The position numbers were made by a program, and so were the translations under genes. The notes under the pieces are model-generated. The model did no database searches. It was given only the letters and a program-made list of their open reading frames with translations, and had not been told where the DNA came from. Shown here in pieces: positions 45,502-55,665 of a DNA stretch of 64,000 nucleotides. Source of the DNA: Acutalibacteraceae bacterium (GTDB lineage: Bacteria; Bacillota; Clostridia; Oscillospirales; Acutalibacteraceae); NCBI GenBank assembly GCA_050953725.1, contig JBMNNB010000003.1, positions 463,244 to 527,243 on the forward strand. The letters run 5' to 3'. Every line of letters begins with the position of its first letter. Position 1 is the stretch's first letter.

Positions 45502-46386
45502 ATGTCAAGACGGCTTGAGTTTATAATAGGCGAGGACTTTGACGGCAAGAAGGTCGTGCAGTTTTTAAGGGGACATTTAAAGATGTCAGCCCGACTCACC
45601 GCCTCATTAAAGCGTGTGGACAGAGGAATCTGCCTTAACGGGGAGCATGCCCGCACTATTGACATAATGAAGCGGGGCGATGTGCTGTCTGTGCTTATCC
45701 CCGACGAGGAGCACAATGTAATCCCCTCCGGCGAAATGCCCGCTATTATATATGAGGACAACGACCTTCTTGTGGTGAACAAGCCGGCTCTCCTCCCCAT
45801 GCATCCGAGTCACAGCTACCCGGAGGGTACGCTCGCAAATGCCGTCGCCGCCTATCTTAAATCAAAGGGACGTTCAGGCTCCTTCAGGGCCGTGGGACGT
45901 CTTGACAAAGGCACCTCCGGAGTTGTTATCTGCGCATTAAACCGCTTTGCCGCCGCAGCTTTATCCGGCAAGGTAGAGAAGGAATATATCTGCGTGGCTC
46001 AAGGTATTTTTGAAGGCTCTGGGACCATTGACCGCCCCATTTACAGGCCCGACCCGATGAAGACACTAAGGGCTGTGGGGGACAAGCCGAATGCCGTGCC
46101 GGCTATAACACACTGGCAGGCGATTGCCGCCGGAAAGGGTCATTCGGTCCTGCGAATAAAGCTCGAAACAGGCAGGACACATCAGATAAGGGTGCATTTT
46201 GCCTCCCTCGGCTCGCCCCTTGCAGGTGACGACATGTACGGGGGCAGCAGGGAGTATATATCCCGCCCCGCCCTGCACTGCGAAAAGGCGGCTTTGTTTC
46301 ACCCGGTAACAAAGGAAAGCATGACCTTCTTTGCTCCCCTGCCTTCCGATATGGAGAAATTAATAGAGTTTATCGCACAAAAATAA
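45502..46386 (+). CDS. RluA-family 23S rRNA pseudouridine synthase
   Basis: S4-like N-terminus, GRLDKGTSGVVI catalytic Asp motif, and RTHQIRVH. Confidence 0.85.
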   Translation: MSRRLEFIIGEDFDGKKVVQFLRGHLKMSARLTASLKRVDRGICLNGEHARTIDIMKRGDVLSVLIPDEEHNVIPSGEMPAIIYEDNDLLVVNKPALLPMHPSHSYPEGTLANAVAAYLKSKGRSGSFRAVGRLDKGTSGVVICALNRFAAAALSGKVEKEYICVAQGIFEGSGTIDRPIYRPDPMKTLRAVGDKPNAVPAITHWQAIAAGKGHSVLRIKLETGRTHQIRVHFASLGSPLAGDDMYGGSREYISRPALHCEKAALFHPVTKESMTFFAPLPSDMEKLIEFIAQK

Positions 46387-46522
46387 GCTCTCTTTCCTTT
46401 AATCTCCTTGTTATTAATTGCCTCTTTGCTTGCTCATATAAACACATTATGCTATCATTACATTGATATATTTTGACCTAACCTCTTTCAGACGCTCCTG
46501 TAGCTTAGAAGGGACAGAAAAA

Positions 46523-48712
46523 ATGAAACCGACTTTAAGAAAATTTATACATATTATGCTGTCTGTGTTAATGCTCTGCCTTGTTTTCCTGCCCGCCTGC
46601 TCGTCGGGCAAGCCTACTAAAATCAAGGCAAACACGGGCAATGTCATAAGCGCAAAGACTGCCGACGCAAGGCTTCACACCACCGATGTCACCGCTTTAA
46701 AAAAGGTCGCTTCATCGGGACTGTTGGAGCTTTACATCGACGAAATCTCCCTTGCTGTCGCCGTCAAGGAGACGACCAACGGCAAGATGTGGCTCTCGCT
46801 GCCCGCAGAAAGCAATACCTATGCCGGCGTTCTGAGCCTGAATGTTCTTACTAAGAACGGAATACTGTATCTTAACTCTCAGGACAACAGCGTTGCCATG
46901 GGGGGAGCGACCTTTGAGCAGACCGAAAACGGAGTTAAAATCTCTTATGTATTTACCCTTGATGAGAATTCCGAAAAGATTTTCAATAAGGAAAAGGACG
47001 CAAAAGCGGCGCAGATTAAGGCCGAAGCGAACTTTTACTTAACCGACGGCAACTTCTATTTCTCTGCCGACTGCTCAAATCTTACAGCTACCGACGGACT
47101 TTACATAGAAAAGCTCGCACCGCTGCCCTACTTCGGCAGCACCTTCGGGGGAGGAGCGGAGGAATACTTCCTCCTGCCCGACGGCCCCGGCGCACTGATG
47201 CATGTAAACAGTAATGACCACAATACCTCCTTTGTGAATCTGCCCGTATACGGCGCAGACCAGTCCGCCATTTTCGGCGAGTCCGTCTCCGACTATCCGA
47301 CGGTTATTATGCCCGTGTTCGGAGTCAAGAGCGCCGACAACGCCTTTACCGCAATCATTGAGGACGGCGACGCCTTAGCGGAGGTACAGGCTCGCAGGGC
47401 AACCGCCTCAACGCCTGCCCGTGTGGGCGCCTACTTCAGAATGCGAAGCTCAAACTCTCTTAATAAAAAGTCATATATCTCAGAGCAGTACGACGGCAAT
47501 ATAAAGCTCTGCTATCGCTTCATAACCGGCAAGAGCGCAAATTACAGCGGTATGGCGAGGGCCGCAAGGGAACAGCTTATCCGTGAGGGCATACTCTCCA
47601 CAAAGACCGTAAACTATTCCGACAAGTACCCCTTTAACCTGAGTATTATTGGCGCCGGCAAGAAGAAAACCGGCTTTTACCACAGCCTTACGAAAATCGA
47701 CCAGGCGCAGGACTTGGCTACTATTTTAAAGGGCAAGGGCATTGACAGCATTAATATGCGCTATATCGGCCTTCTGTCCGGAGGAATTGTGCAGCATGAC
47801 TCCTCAAGGGCCTCTGTGCTTACGATACTCGGCGGCAAAAGCTCTTTGGAGAAGCTAAGCTCATACCTGAGCCGTCAGAAGTCGGGGCTTTACATTGATG
47901 TGAATGTGCTGACCTCGGGCGGACTGACGGGCTATCTGTCCTCAAACTGCGCCCGTACCTCCTCTGGAGATGTATTGAGCTTTGAAAACGATAACCCCCT
48001 CTACCCCTACGTGGGCGCAAAGAGCTTCTTTACGGAGGGTCTTGCCCTTGCTAAGCTTGAAATTAAAATTGTTGACCTGCTGACCAACTCTAAGAACATA
48101 AGCTTCACGGGCTTCTGCATTAACGATGCGGGCAGGCTTTTATACTCGGACTTCGGCGACGGATATATCAACCGTCAGGAGGCAAAGAGGCGGATAGCCT
48201 CCCACGTTCAGGCACTTGCCACACAGCGCGGGCTTATGGTGGACACGGGCAACTTCTATCTTGTTAAAAACGCCGACATTATTAGCAATCTGCCGAGTTC
48301 CACCTTCTACTCAGAGAGCGACGCATACGAGTCCGTACCCGCCGCACCTATAATACTTCACGGCATTGTGGACTATTCGGGCAGGGCGGTGAACCTTACG
48401 GGCGACAGGCAGAAGGCAATGCTCAAATCCATAGAGTACGGCATGCTGCCCGCTTATGAATGGGTATTTGACAGCGAAAGCACCCTTTATTATAATCCTT
48501 ATATAACCGAGGCGGTGGACTTCTATAATAAGAGCATGGAGCTTTTATCCGACCTTCGCACCTCGGCAATTACAAACAGCTATACGGTGCAGAAGGGAGT
48601 CCGCTGCACGCAGTATGACACCGGTGCGGTAATCTATGTAAACTACAACACGGAACCCGTTACAATCAACGAAATCACCATTCCCGCACAGGACTGCATA
48701 AGAGTAAGCTAA
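46523..48712 (+). CDS. large lipoprotein of unknown function
   Basis: ATG 46523 with a lipobox (LCLVFLPACSSG). 729 aa. I cannot assign a domain with confidence. Confidence 0.6.
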   Translation: MKPTLRKFIHIMLSVLMLCLVFLPACSSGKPTKIKANTGNVISAKTADARLHTTDVTALKKVASSGLLELYIDEISLAVAVKETTNGKMWLSLPAESNTYAGVLSLNVLTKNGILYLNSQDNSVAMGGATFEQTENGVKISYVFTLDENSEKIFNKEKDAKAAQIKAEANFYLTDGNFYFSADCSNLTATDGLYIEKLAPLPYFGSTFGGGAEEYFLLPDGPGALMHVNSNDHNTSFVNLPVYGADQSAIFGESVSDYPTVIMPVFGVKSADNAFTAIIEDGDALAEVQARRATASTPARVGAYFRMRSSNSLNKKSYISEQYDGNIKLCYRFITGKSANYSGMARAAREQLIREGILSTKTVNYSDKYPFNLSIIGAGKKKTGFYHSLTKIDQAQDLATILKGKGIDSINMRYIGLLSGGIVQHDSSRASVLTILGGKSSLEKLSSYLSRQKSGLYIDVNVLTSGGLTGYLSSNCARTSSGDVLSFENDNPLYPYVGAKSFFTEGLALAKLEIKIVDLLTNSKNISFTGFCINDAGRLLYSDFGDGYINRQEAKRRIASHVQALATQRGLMVDTGNFYLVKNADIISNLPSSTFYSESDAYESVPAAPIILHGIVDYSGRAVNLTGDRQKAMLKSIEYGMLPAYEWVFDSESTLYYNPYITEAVDFYNKSMELLSDLRTSAITNSYTVQKGVRCTQYDTGAVIYVNYNTEPVTINEITIPAQDCIRVS

Positions 48713-48740
48713 ACCGATTTGAATACTGGAGTGATGTGCT

Positions 48741-49655
48741 ATGCCAATTAAGATTCCGTCAACCTTACCTGCAAAAAAGCATCTTGAGGATGAAAACGTC
48801 TTCGTCATGACCGAGGATAGGGCATTGCGTCAGGATATCCGTCCTCTGAGGATACTTATTCTGAATCTGATGCCCACTAAAATTGCGACCGAAACCCAGC
48901 TGTTAAGGCTCCTCGGCAATACTCCGCTGCAGGTGGATATTGAGCTGATGCACATGGAAAGCCATAAGAGCAAGAACACAAGTCAGGAACACTTGCTTAA
49001 ATTCTATAAGACCTTCAGCGAGCTGAAGGACGAGAAGTTCGACGGTCTTGTCATTACCGGCGCTCCCGTGGAGCAGATGGAGTTTGAGCAGGTTGACTAC
49101 TGGCCGGAGCTTTGTCAGGTCTTTCAGTGGTGCAGAAAGAATGTCTACTCCACATTCTATATCTGCTGGGGCGCTCAGGCGGGGCTTTACTACAACTACG
49201 GCATAAAGAAGTACCCCCTTGAGAAGAAGCTCTTCGGCATCTTCCCCCACCGCAACCTCGACCCCTATCATCCGCTCATGAGGTGCCTTGACGATGTGTT
49301 CCTCGCTCCCCATTCGAGGCATACCGAAATAAGAATGCACGATATAGCCCTTGTGAAGGACCTGCAGGTGCTGTCCTATTCCGACACTGCGGGCGTGCAT
49401 ATTGTGTCAGACATGGATTGCCGGCACTTCTTCATCACGGGGCATTCCGAGTATGATGCGGACACATTGAAGCTCGAATACGAAAGGGATTTAAGCAGAG
49501 GGCTTCCGATTGAAATTCCCGTAAACTACTTCCCCGACGACGACCCCGCAAAGAGGCCCTTAGTCACATGGCGGCAGAGCGGCAGTCAGATTTTTGCCAA
49601 CTGGCTCAACTACTTTGTCTATCAGCGTACTCCGTACGACTTATCAACTCTATAA
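48741..49655 (+). CDS. metA: homoserine O-acyltransferase (MetA family)
   Basis: [11 protein letters not shown]...[14 protein letters not shown]-terminus and the [10 protein letters not shown] active-site Cys region. Confidence 0.9.
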   Translation: MPIKIPSTLPAKKHLEDENVFVMTEDRALRQDIRPLRILILNLMPTKIATETQLLRLLGNTPLQVDIELMHMESHKSKNTSQEHLLKFYKTFSELKDEKFDGLVITGAPVEQMEFEQVDYWPELCQVFQWCRKNVYSTFYICWGAQAGLYYNYGIKKYPLEKKLFGIFPHRNLDPYHPLMRCLDDVFLAPHSRHTEIRMHDIALVKDLQVLSYSDTAGVHIVSDMDCRHFFITGHSEYDADTLKLEYERDLSRGLPIEIPVNYFPDDDPAKRPLVTWRQSGSQIFANWLNYFVYQRTPYDLSTL

Positions 49656-49667
49656 CAGGGTGGTTTT

Positions 49668-50255
49668 ATGCAAAACAGCGGTGATTCAAACAGATTTGAT
49701 GCGTTCGCAGAGGGCATTGAGCCGGGCGGACTCAGAAATCGTGACGACATTAAGCTGCTTATCTGCTATATGCTTAAGAGTCTCGGCAAGGCAGTGCCGA
49801 AAAGGCTCATAACCGAGAGCCTGACATTGGAGGCTCTGGCGAACTACTTTGAAATAAACAACGCCGTTTCAGAGCTGGAAAAGGCGGGGCATATTATAAA
49901 GACCGACGAGGAGACGGAGAGCTATGTAATCTCCCCCACAGGCGAAACAATAGCGCAGGGACTTGACGTGATGCTGCCCCGCACGGTCAGGGAAAAGGCA
50001 ATATCCGCCGTACTTAAACTGACTACTCTTGCCCGCAGAGAGCTTGAAAACAACATAACCATAGAAAAGGGCAAAAGCGGTTATCACATAAACTTCAGCA
50101 GCGTGGAAAGCGGCGAGGAGATTATAGGCATTAGGCTCTTTGCCTCGGATATGATGCAGATTCAAAGGCTGCGTGACGGCTTTCTGCAAAACCCCTCACG
50201 GGTATATGAGGCGGTCATAAACGCCCTTTCGGAAAACGAAAAAGAGAATATATAA
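49668..50255 (+). CDS. conserved Clostridia protein, DUF4364-like
   Basis: 195 aa, soluble. Family assignment is from memory of similar N-termini (GGLRNRDDIKLLICYML). Confidence 0.45.
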   Translation: MQNSGDSNRFDAFAEGIEPGGLRNRDDIKLLICYMLKSLGKAVPKRLITESLTLEALANYFEINNAVSELEKAGHIIKTDEETESYVISPTGETIAQGLDVMLPRTVREKAISAVLKLTTLARRELENNITIEKGKSGYHINFSSVESGEEIIGIRLFASDMMQIQRLRDGFLQNPSRVYEAVINALSENEKENI

Positions 50256-50265
50256 CTGCAAATCA

Positions 50266-50298
50266 AAGCAGGGTCTCAATAGAGACCCTGCTTTTTTG
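50266..50298. terminator. bidirectional terminator
   Basis: AGCAGGGTCTC pairs with GAGACCCTGCT, followed by T6. Confidence 0.85.
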
Positions 50299-50308
50299 AG
50301 TTCATATG

Positions 50309-52438
50309 TTAAAGTGTCTGGAGCTTTGCGGCTACACGAAGGATTATTCGGGCATCGGAGGCTTTGACGCCTGCCTCGCCGTCTGTGTTGGCCGAAAGCT
50401 GTTCAAGCTCGCCGAGGGTGGTTAATTTCGCCGCATGCCTTAATACCTGCCTTGCATCGCTTGCCAGAACCTTGCCGTCGCCGTCAATATCGCCGAGGAC
50501 AGCCAAAGTGAGCGTATCGACTACCTTGCCGCCTGCTATCAGATTAAGCTTTGCGCCCGAGCCGAAGGTCTTATCGCCTGACAGCAGCGTTCCGTTTTTG
50601 TCTCTCACTTCGAGTGTGCCGCCCTCAAAGTTCTTTAACAGGTCGCTTACCTTAGTGCCGGGCTTGACATTATAGACTATAGAGCCTGAGGTATTGAGCT
50701 TATATCCTGCGCCTGATTTCATTTTTATTACAGGCTCCTTAACGGTTACTGTGCATTGGGCTGTCTTGCTGCCGTCTGTTGTGGTTACGGTTATTACGGT
50801 CGTTCCTGTGCTTATGGCGGTAACAACGCCGTTTTCGTTAACCGTTGCAACCGCAGTGTTGCTCGAAGACCATGTGACTCTTTTATCAGTGGCGTCTGCG
50901 GGCGAAACTGTGGCATTCAGTGTTTTAGTCTCGCCGACACTCATTGTAAGGCTTGTCATGTTAAGGCTGACACCTGTGACAGCTATCTCGAGAGCGACAT
51001 GGGAAAGCCCTGCCAAGGTGGGATAGGGGTAGGCTGCCGAAGAGTCAATCATCCAGACAGTATCAAAGTCAAAACCGCCAAAACTCGCCGAATTTCTCAT
51101 CTGAGCATCGGTTAATGCAACCCCGAAGGAGTTTGTGGGATTTGAGACACTGGTATTAAGATAATAGCAGTTTGATATTGTGGAGGAGGAGTTAAATCCA
51201 ACCACGCCGCCGACCTCATTTATGCCCGAAACACTGCCGGTGTTATAACTGTCTGTGACTGTGGAGAAGAAGTTAGCTCCAACCACGCCGCCGACATAAT
51301 AAGAACCTGAAACCGTGCCGCTGTTATAGCTGTCTGTTACTGTGGCTCTGGAGTCGTTATGTCCGACCACGCCGCCGACCTCATTTATGCCCGAAACACT
51401 GCCGGTGTTATAACTGTTTGTCACTGTGGAGTTGTAGTAGTTATATCCCACCACGCCGCCGACATAATAAGAACCTGAAACCGTGCCGCTGTTATAGCTG
51501 GCTGTCACTGTGGAGTTGTCGTAGTTATATCCAACCACACCGCCGACATAATTGTTGCCCGAAACACTGCCGGTGTTATAGCTGTTTGTTATTGTGGAGC
51601 CGAATTTGTTATATCCAACCACGCCGCCGACAAAATAAGAACCTGAAACCGTGCCGCTGTTATAGCTGTTTGTTACTGTGGAATTCCGTTCGTTATATCC
51701 AACCACGCCGCCGACCTCATTTATGCCCGAAACACTGCCGGTGTTATAGCTGTCTGTGACTGTGGAGAAGAAGTTAGCTCCAACCACGCCCGCCGACCTC
51801 ATTATAGCCGGAACACAGCCTGCAAAACCGCATTCGAACAACGTGCCTTCATCGTTGTAACCGACAATGCCGCCGACAGATATATAGCCTTTGATATAGG
51901 ACATCTCAATTTCGACTTCTGAAACTGAGCCCTTAACAATCATTCCGAAAAACCCCTGATACGATTCATCGGTATCAATGTATATTCCGCTGATTTTGTG
52001 GTGGTCGCCTCTGTAATGTCCGTAAAAGGTAAAAGCTCTGTCGGCAATACTTCCGCCCGGATTATAGATAGCCTTGCCTATTGGCTTCCATTGTTTCGGG
52101 GACTTGCCCGCAGCTATGCCGGTTACCCTGCCGTCGCTGTCAAAGGTGAACATATCCTGTGTGTTCAGCACTATGTCCGCCGTCTGTTCAAAGTATTTGC
52201 CCTCTGAGTAATTTTTTATTTCCTGTGTGTTGACTGAAAGCTGAGCCAGATCCTTCGCCGTGGCGATTTTGTACGGGTCCGTTTTTGTTCCCTTGCCGCC
52301 CGAATATTTGGCGCTGCCGTTCACTGCGGGGAACGTGCCGTCCCAGACGCTTTGGGCCGCCGATGATTGAATTGACACAAAACCGATTAAAATCGCAAGA
52401 CACAGCAAAACCGCAAGACTTTTTCTGATTGCTTTCAT
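50309..52438 (-). CDS. secreted GLUG-repeat / Big_2 / dockerin surface protein
   Basis: Signal peptide MKAIRKSLAVLLCLAILIGFVSIQSSAA. About 10 GLUG-type repeats (VGGVVGYN...NSYNTGSVSG). One Big_2 domain (VTGVSLN...TVTV). C-terminal dockerin (GDIDGDGKVLASDARQVLR, NTDGEAGVKASDARIILR). GGAGGGG RBS before ATG 52438. Confidence 0.85.
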   Translation of the reverse strand: MKAIRKSLAVLLCLAILIGFVSIQSSAAQSVWDGTFPAVNGSAKYSGGKGTKTDPYKIATAKDLAQLSVNTQEIKNYSEGKYFEQTADIVLNTQDMFTFDSDGRVTGIAAGKSPKQWKPIGKAIYNPGGSIADRAFTFYGHYRGDHHKISGIYIDTDESYQGFFGMIVKGSVSEVEIEMSYIKGYISVGGIVGYNDEGTLFECGFAGCVPAIMRSAGVVGANFFSTVTDSYNTGSVSGINEVGGVVGYNERNSTVTNSYNSGTVSGSYFVGGVVGYNKFGSTITNSYNTGSVSGNNYVGGVVGYNYDNSTVTASYNSGTVSGSYYVGGVVGYNYYNSTVTNSYNTGSVSGINEVGGVVGHNDSRATVTDSYNSGTVSGSYYVGGVVGANFFSTVTDSYNTGSVSGINEVGGVVGFNSSSTISNCYYLNTSVSNPTNSFGVALTDAQMRNSASFGGFDFDTVWMIDSSAAYPYPTLAGLSHVALEIAVTGVSLNMTSLTMSVGETKTLNATVSPADATDKRVTWSSSNTAVATVNENGVVTAISTGTTVITVTTTDGSKTAQCTVTVKEPVIKMKSGAGYKLNTSGSIVYNVKPGTKVSDLLKNFEGGTLEVRDKNGTLLSGDKTFGSGAKLNLIAGGKVVDTLTLAVLGDIDGDGKVLASDARQVLRHAAKLTTLGELEQLSANTDGEAGVKASDARIILRVAAKLQTL

Positions 52439-52554
52439 TAGAAGCCCCTCCTGCAACAAAATAATCAAAGATATACTCCAAAAAAACACTAACATATTAT
52501 TCCGTATATGGCAATAAATTGAAGAAATATTTCGAACGTATGTTATTTGCGCAA

Positions 52555-52582
52555 ACAAAAAAGGGCCTTCGAAGAAGGCCCT
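52555..52582 (-). terminator. Rho-independent terminator retained behind the dockerin gene remnant
   Basis: AGGGCCTTC (52562-52570) pairs with GAAGGCCCT (52574-52582). The minus strand continues TTTTTTG. Confidence 0.75.
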
Positions 52583-52599
52583 GAATGCTGTGTTTACTG

Positions 52600-52694
52600 T
52601 TAAAGCGTCTGGAGCTTTGCGGCCACACGAAGGATTATTCGTGCGTCGGAGGGTTTTACACCCGCCTCTCCGTCAGTGTTGTCGGGAAAGACAT
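52600..52694 (-). pseudogene. 3'-terminal remnant of a dockerin-protein paralogue
   Basis: About 90 bp, roughly 80% identical by eye to 50309-50400. Translates to FPDNTDGEAGVKPSDARIILRVAAKLQTL*, versus ANTDGEAGVKASDARIILRVAAKLQTL* in the intact gene. Similarity stops abruptly at repeat island D. Confidence 0.8.
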
Positions 52695-52835
52695 GGCGGG
52701 TGGGGATGCTGTCCTCTCCCTCGACTGTGCTGACGGAAGCGGATGGGGTGCGGGGCGGAACGCCTCCCCTTTTCCCGTCATGGAGGGGACGAGGGGCGTA
52801 CAGGCTGGGGTGGAGCGGATTCTGCCGTTAGGAAC
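52695..52835. repeat. G+C-rich island D (short member of the family)
   Basis: G-rich + strand with GGGGTGCGGGGCGG, CTCTCCCTCG and GGAGGGGACGAGGGGCG. Lies between the gene remnant and the CDGSH terminator. Confidence 0.55.
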
Positions 52836-52868
52836 AAAAAACGGCGGGAGGGGTTACCTTCCGCCGTG
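52834..52868 (-). terminator. Rho-independent terminator (CDGSH gene)
   Basis: ACGGCGG (52841-52847) pairs with CCGCCGT (52861-52867). The minus strand continues with T6. Confidence 0.65.
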
Positions 52869-52907
52869 TGGGTTATTCTGTTGGTCTGAGTTTTGCCTTT
52901 GGGTCTG

Positions 52908-53615
52908 TTACAGCAAATCGAGGAGTCCCTTTTTCTTATCCCTGTATCTGTACGACACGTGGGAGGCGTCGCAGAAGGGGGTGTTCTCGCTCTGACCGCA
53001 GCGGCAGAGTACCGACCTGCCTCTGTGTTCGTAAAGCTCCCCGTCGGCGGACTCGATTTCTATATCGCCCTTTACATAGATGCCGCCGCTGCAGCCCCTG
53101 TCCGGGTCCTGCACGATGATGATTTCCGGCTCGTAATGCGGCTCTATCAGGTTGCCGCTCTTGTCGGCTGCGACAAGCCTGCCCGTGGGGCAGTCGGAGG
53201 CCGCCTTAATCGCCTCCTCCTTTAAATAAGGGTCGTCGGAGCCTCTTATAAGCTCCCATATGTTTCCGCTGTCCCTGTGGCAGAAGCGGGCGAAGGCGCA
53301 GCGGCTGTCGTCATACAAATCAAGCTCAGGCCCCTCGAATACGGTGGCCCTGTCCATGAATTTGTTTCTCTCGGCTGTCTCCTCGCCGGTAAAATGGGTC
53401 TTCACATGAAAGCCGTCGCAGAAGGGGGGATTCTTGCTCTTTCCGCAGCGGCAAAGGGCGTAGACCTCGCTCTGGGGTATAGGCTCGCCGTCCGTCCATT
53501 CATAACCGTCGCCCACGGGGGTGATGATTTTCTCCGAAATCTTCACTCCGCCCGTCACTATGTAGGGGCCCTTTGCGGTGATTTTTATCTTGGGCTTCTG
53601 CTTGCAGTCTGACAT
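52908..53615 (-). CDS. CDGSH iron-sulfur domain protein (two CDGSH motifs plus a central Cys cluster)
   Basis: CRCGKSKNPPFCDGFH and CRCGQSENTPFCDASH, plus a central CAFARFC...CPTG cluster. GGAGG RBS. Confidence 0.85.
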   Translation of the reverse strand: MSDCKQKPKIKITAKGPYIVTGGVKISEKIITPVGDGYEWTDGEPIPQSEVYALCRCGKSKNPPFCDGFHVKTHFTGEETAERNKFMDRATVFEGPELDLYDDSRCAFARFCHRDSGNIWELIRGSDDPYLKEEAIKAASDCPTGRLVAADKSGNLIEPHYEPEIIIVQDPDRGCSGGIYVKGDIEIESADGELYEHRGRSVLCRCGQSENTPFCDASHVSYRYRDKKKGLLDLL

Positions 53616-53676
53616 AAAAGTCCTCCGATTTCGGAATTAATAAGCTTATTATAACCGTAAGAGTTGCCTCAGGCAA

Positions 53677-53705
53677 GAAAAAAAGCGGGGATTTTAACCC
53701 CGCTT
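53677..53705 (-). terminator. Rho-independent terminator (pot operon)
   Basis: AAGCGGGG (53683-53690) pairs with CCCCGCTT (53698-53705). The minus strand continues with a T-run. Confidence 0.8.
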
Positions 53706-53710
53706 TAAAT

Positions 53711-54775
53711 TTATTCTGCCTTTATTTCCTTCCAGGCGTTGTTGTAGTAGTCCGCAATATCCTGACCGAGGTATTTCAGGCTGTGGCAGCGGGCTAACTG
53801 CTCTTCGGAAAGGAACAGCTCGCTGTTGTTCTGAAGCTCCTCGTCAAGGCTGTCGATGACAGCCTGATTCGGGGTCGAATAGTAGATTGCCTCAAAGTTC
53901 AAGGTTGCGATATCTTTTCTGCAAAGGAAGTTCAAAAAGGCCTCTGCGCCCGCCTTGTTCTGGCTGGTGTCGGGGATGACCCATGAGTCGAACCAGAAGC
54001 TGGAACCCTCGTCGGGGATTACGAACCTGAGGTCCGGATTGCCCTGTGTGCCGATATAGGCCTCGCCGGAGTATACGACTGCGATGTCCGCATTGCCTGC
54101 GATGACCTCGTCCCTGGCCTCGTCAACAAGGTAACGCTGAACAAGGGGCTTCTGCTTAATGAGCATATCCTTAGCCTTATTTAACTCGTCAAGATTTGTG
54201 GTGTTGATGTCATAGCCTAAAAGTGACAGGGGAACGATGAAGGCCTCTCTCATGCTGTTCTGCATTATGATTCTCTGTGAATATGCCTCGTCCCAGAGGA
54301 TGTTCCAGCTCTTAACCTTTGTTTCGTCGACCTTCTTGCTGTTGTAAAGCAGGCCGATTGCGCCGTAGAAGTGAGGGACATTGTACTTTCTTTCAGGGTC
54401 GAACTCCTCTGACATCTTCCAGTATCTTTCGCCGATGTTCTTTGATTCGGGCACGTTGTTATAGTCAACCTCAAGGAGCCTGCCCTCATTCATAAGCCTT
54501 TCAATCATATAGTCCGAAAGGCAGAGAACATCGTATTTGACCGATGCGGTCTGAAGCTTTGTATATATATCCTCGTTTGTGGAAAGCTCGTCGTATTTAA
54601 CCTCAATGCCCGTTTCCTTCTCAAAGGTCTTGAGTATGTTCATGTCGATATAGTCACCGAGGCTGAGAACATTGATGCTGCCGTTTTTAGCTTTACCGCA
54701 GCCGGAAAGAGCAAAAATTCCTAAAACCATTGCAACTGCAAGTACAAGGCTGACTGATTTTCTTACATTTTTCAT
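53711..54775 (-). CDS. potD: spermidine/putrescine ABC transporter substrate-binding lipoprotein
   Basis: Lipobox LSGCGK and PotD-like SBP length. Last gene of the potABCD cluster. ATG 54775 follows GGAGTG. Confidence 0.85.
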   Translation of the reverse strand: MKNVRKSVSLVLAVAMVLGIFALSGCGKAKNGSINVLSLGDYIDMNILKTFEKETGIEVKYDELSTNEDIYTKLQTASVKYDVLCLSDYMIERLMNEGRLLEVDYNNVPESKNIGERYWKMSEEFDPERKYNVPHFYGAIGLLYNSKKVDETKVKSWNILWDEAYSQRIIMQNSMREAFIVPLSLLGYDINTTNLDELNKAKDMLIKQKPLVQRYLVDEARDEVIAGNADIAVVYSGEAYIGTQGNPDLRFVIPDEGSSFWFDSWVIPDTSQNKAGAEAFLNFLCRKDIATLNFEAIYYSTPNQAVIDSLDEELQNNSELFLSEEQLARCHSLKYLGQDIADYYNNAWKEIKAE

Positions 54776-54825
54776 AACAAACACTCCATTCAAAATTAAT
54801 AAAAGAAAATGCCTTATACCCGATA

Positions 54826-55665
54826 TCACTTTTTATAGCGCATTGTATAAGCGTGCTTTTTGGCCGAAACCTTTGCGCTTGCGGGCTTTGTGGACACGGG
54901 CGAGCTCTTGAGATTGACAAACACGAGCAGAATAAGCACCGCAAGGAACATTAAGGTAGAGAGCGCATAAAGCTCTGGCTTTACGCCCTTTCTCAGCTCT
55001 GAATAAATCATGGTCGGCAGGGTGTATACGCCGGGTCCCTTTGTGAAATATGAAATCGTGAAGTCGTCAAGGGACATTGTGATGGCCATTATAAAGCCGG
55101 TGATTATGCCGGGGACAATTTCCGGCAGGGTTATCTTAAAGAAGGCGTAGAGGGGCGTTGCGCCGAGATCTAAAGCCGCATTATAGGCGTTTGTGTTTAT
55201 CTGCTTTAAGCGGGGCATTACGCTTAAAATCACATAGGGCAGCTCAAAGGTAATGTGCGAAATAAGCAGTGACGGATAGCCTAAGTCAAAGAACCTTGAA
55301 AAGAAGAGCATCAGGGTAATACCCGTGACTATATCCGCATTTAAAAGCGGTATGTTTGTAGCGCCCAGGACAATCTGCTTATTTCTCCTTCGCATGGCAT
55401 CTATGCCGACACAGGCGGCGGTGCCGAGTATGACCGAAACAAGCGCAGAGAACACCGCTATGGACATAGTTGTCCAGAAGGCCTCGCCTATGACGCTGCT
55501 GGTGAACATCCTCGAATACCATTTGAACGTAAAGCCGCCCCAGATTACCCTTGATTTTGAGTCGTTGAAGGACAGCACCATGAGCACGATGACCGGTGAA
55601 TAGAGAATCAGAAAGATGAGCGCAACATAAAACTTCTGAATAAAGCCCGAAATGCGCTTTACCAT
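54826..55665 (-). CDS. potC: spermidine/putrescine ABC transporter permease
   Basis: 6-TM BPD-transporter permease whose ends overlap potD and potB. Confidence 0.85.
   Translation of the reverse strand: MVKRISGFIQKFYVALIFLILYSPVIVLMVLSFNDSKSRVIWGGFTFKWYSRMFTSSVIGEAFWTTMSIAVFSALVSVILGTAACVGIDAMRRRNKQIVLGATNIPLLNADIVTGITLMLFFSRFFDLGYPSLLISHITFELPYVILSVMPRLKQINTNAYNAALDLGATPLYAFFKITLPEIVPGIITGFIMAITMSLDDFTISYFTKGPGVYTLPTMIYSELRKGVKPELYALSTLMFLAVLILLVFVNLKSSPVSTKPASAKVSAKKHAYTMRYKK

Noticed and set aside
52585-52995. 136-aa ORF on the + strand.
   Set aside because: It runs through a terminator hairpin, the dockerin remnant (in antisense), island D, the CDGSH terminator and the 3' end of the CDGSH gene. 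It is not a plausible gene.
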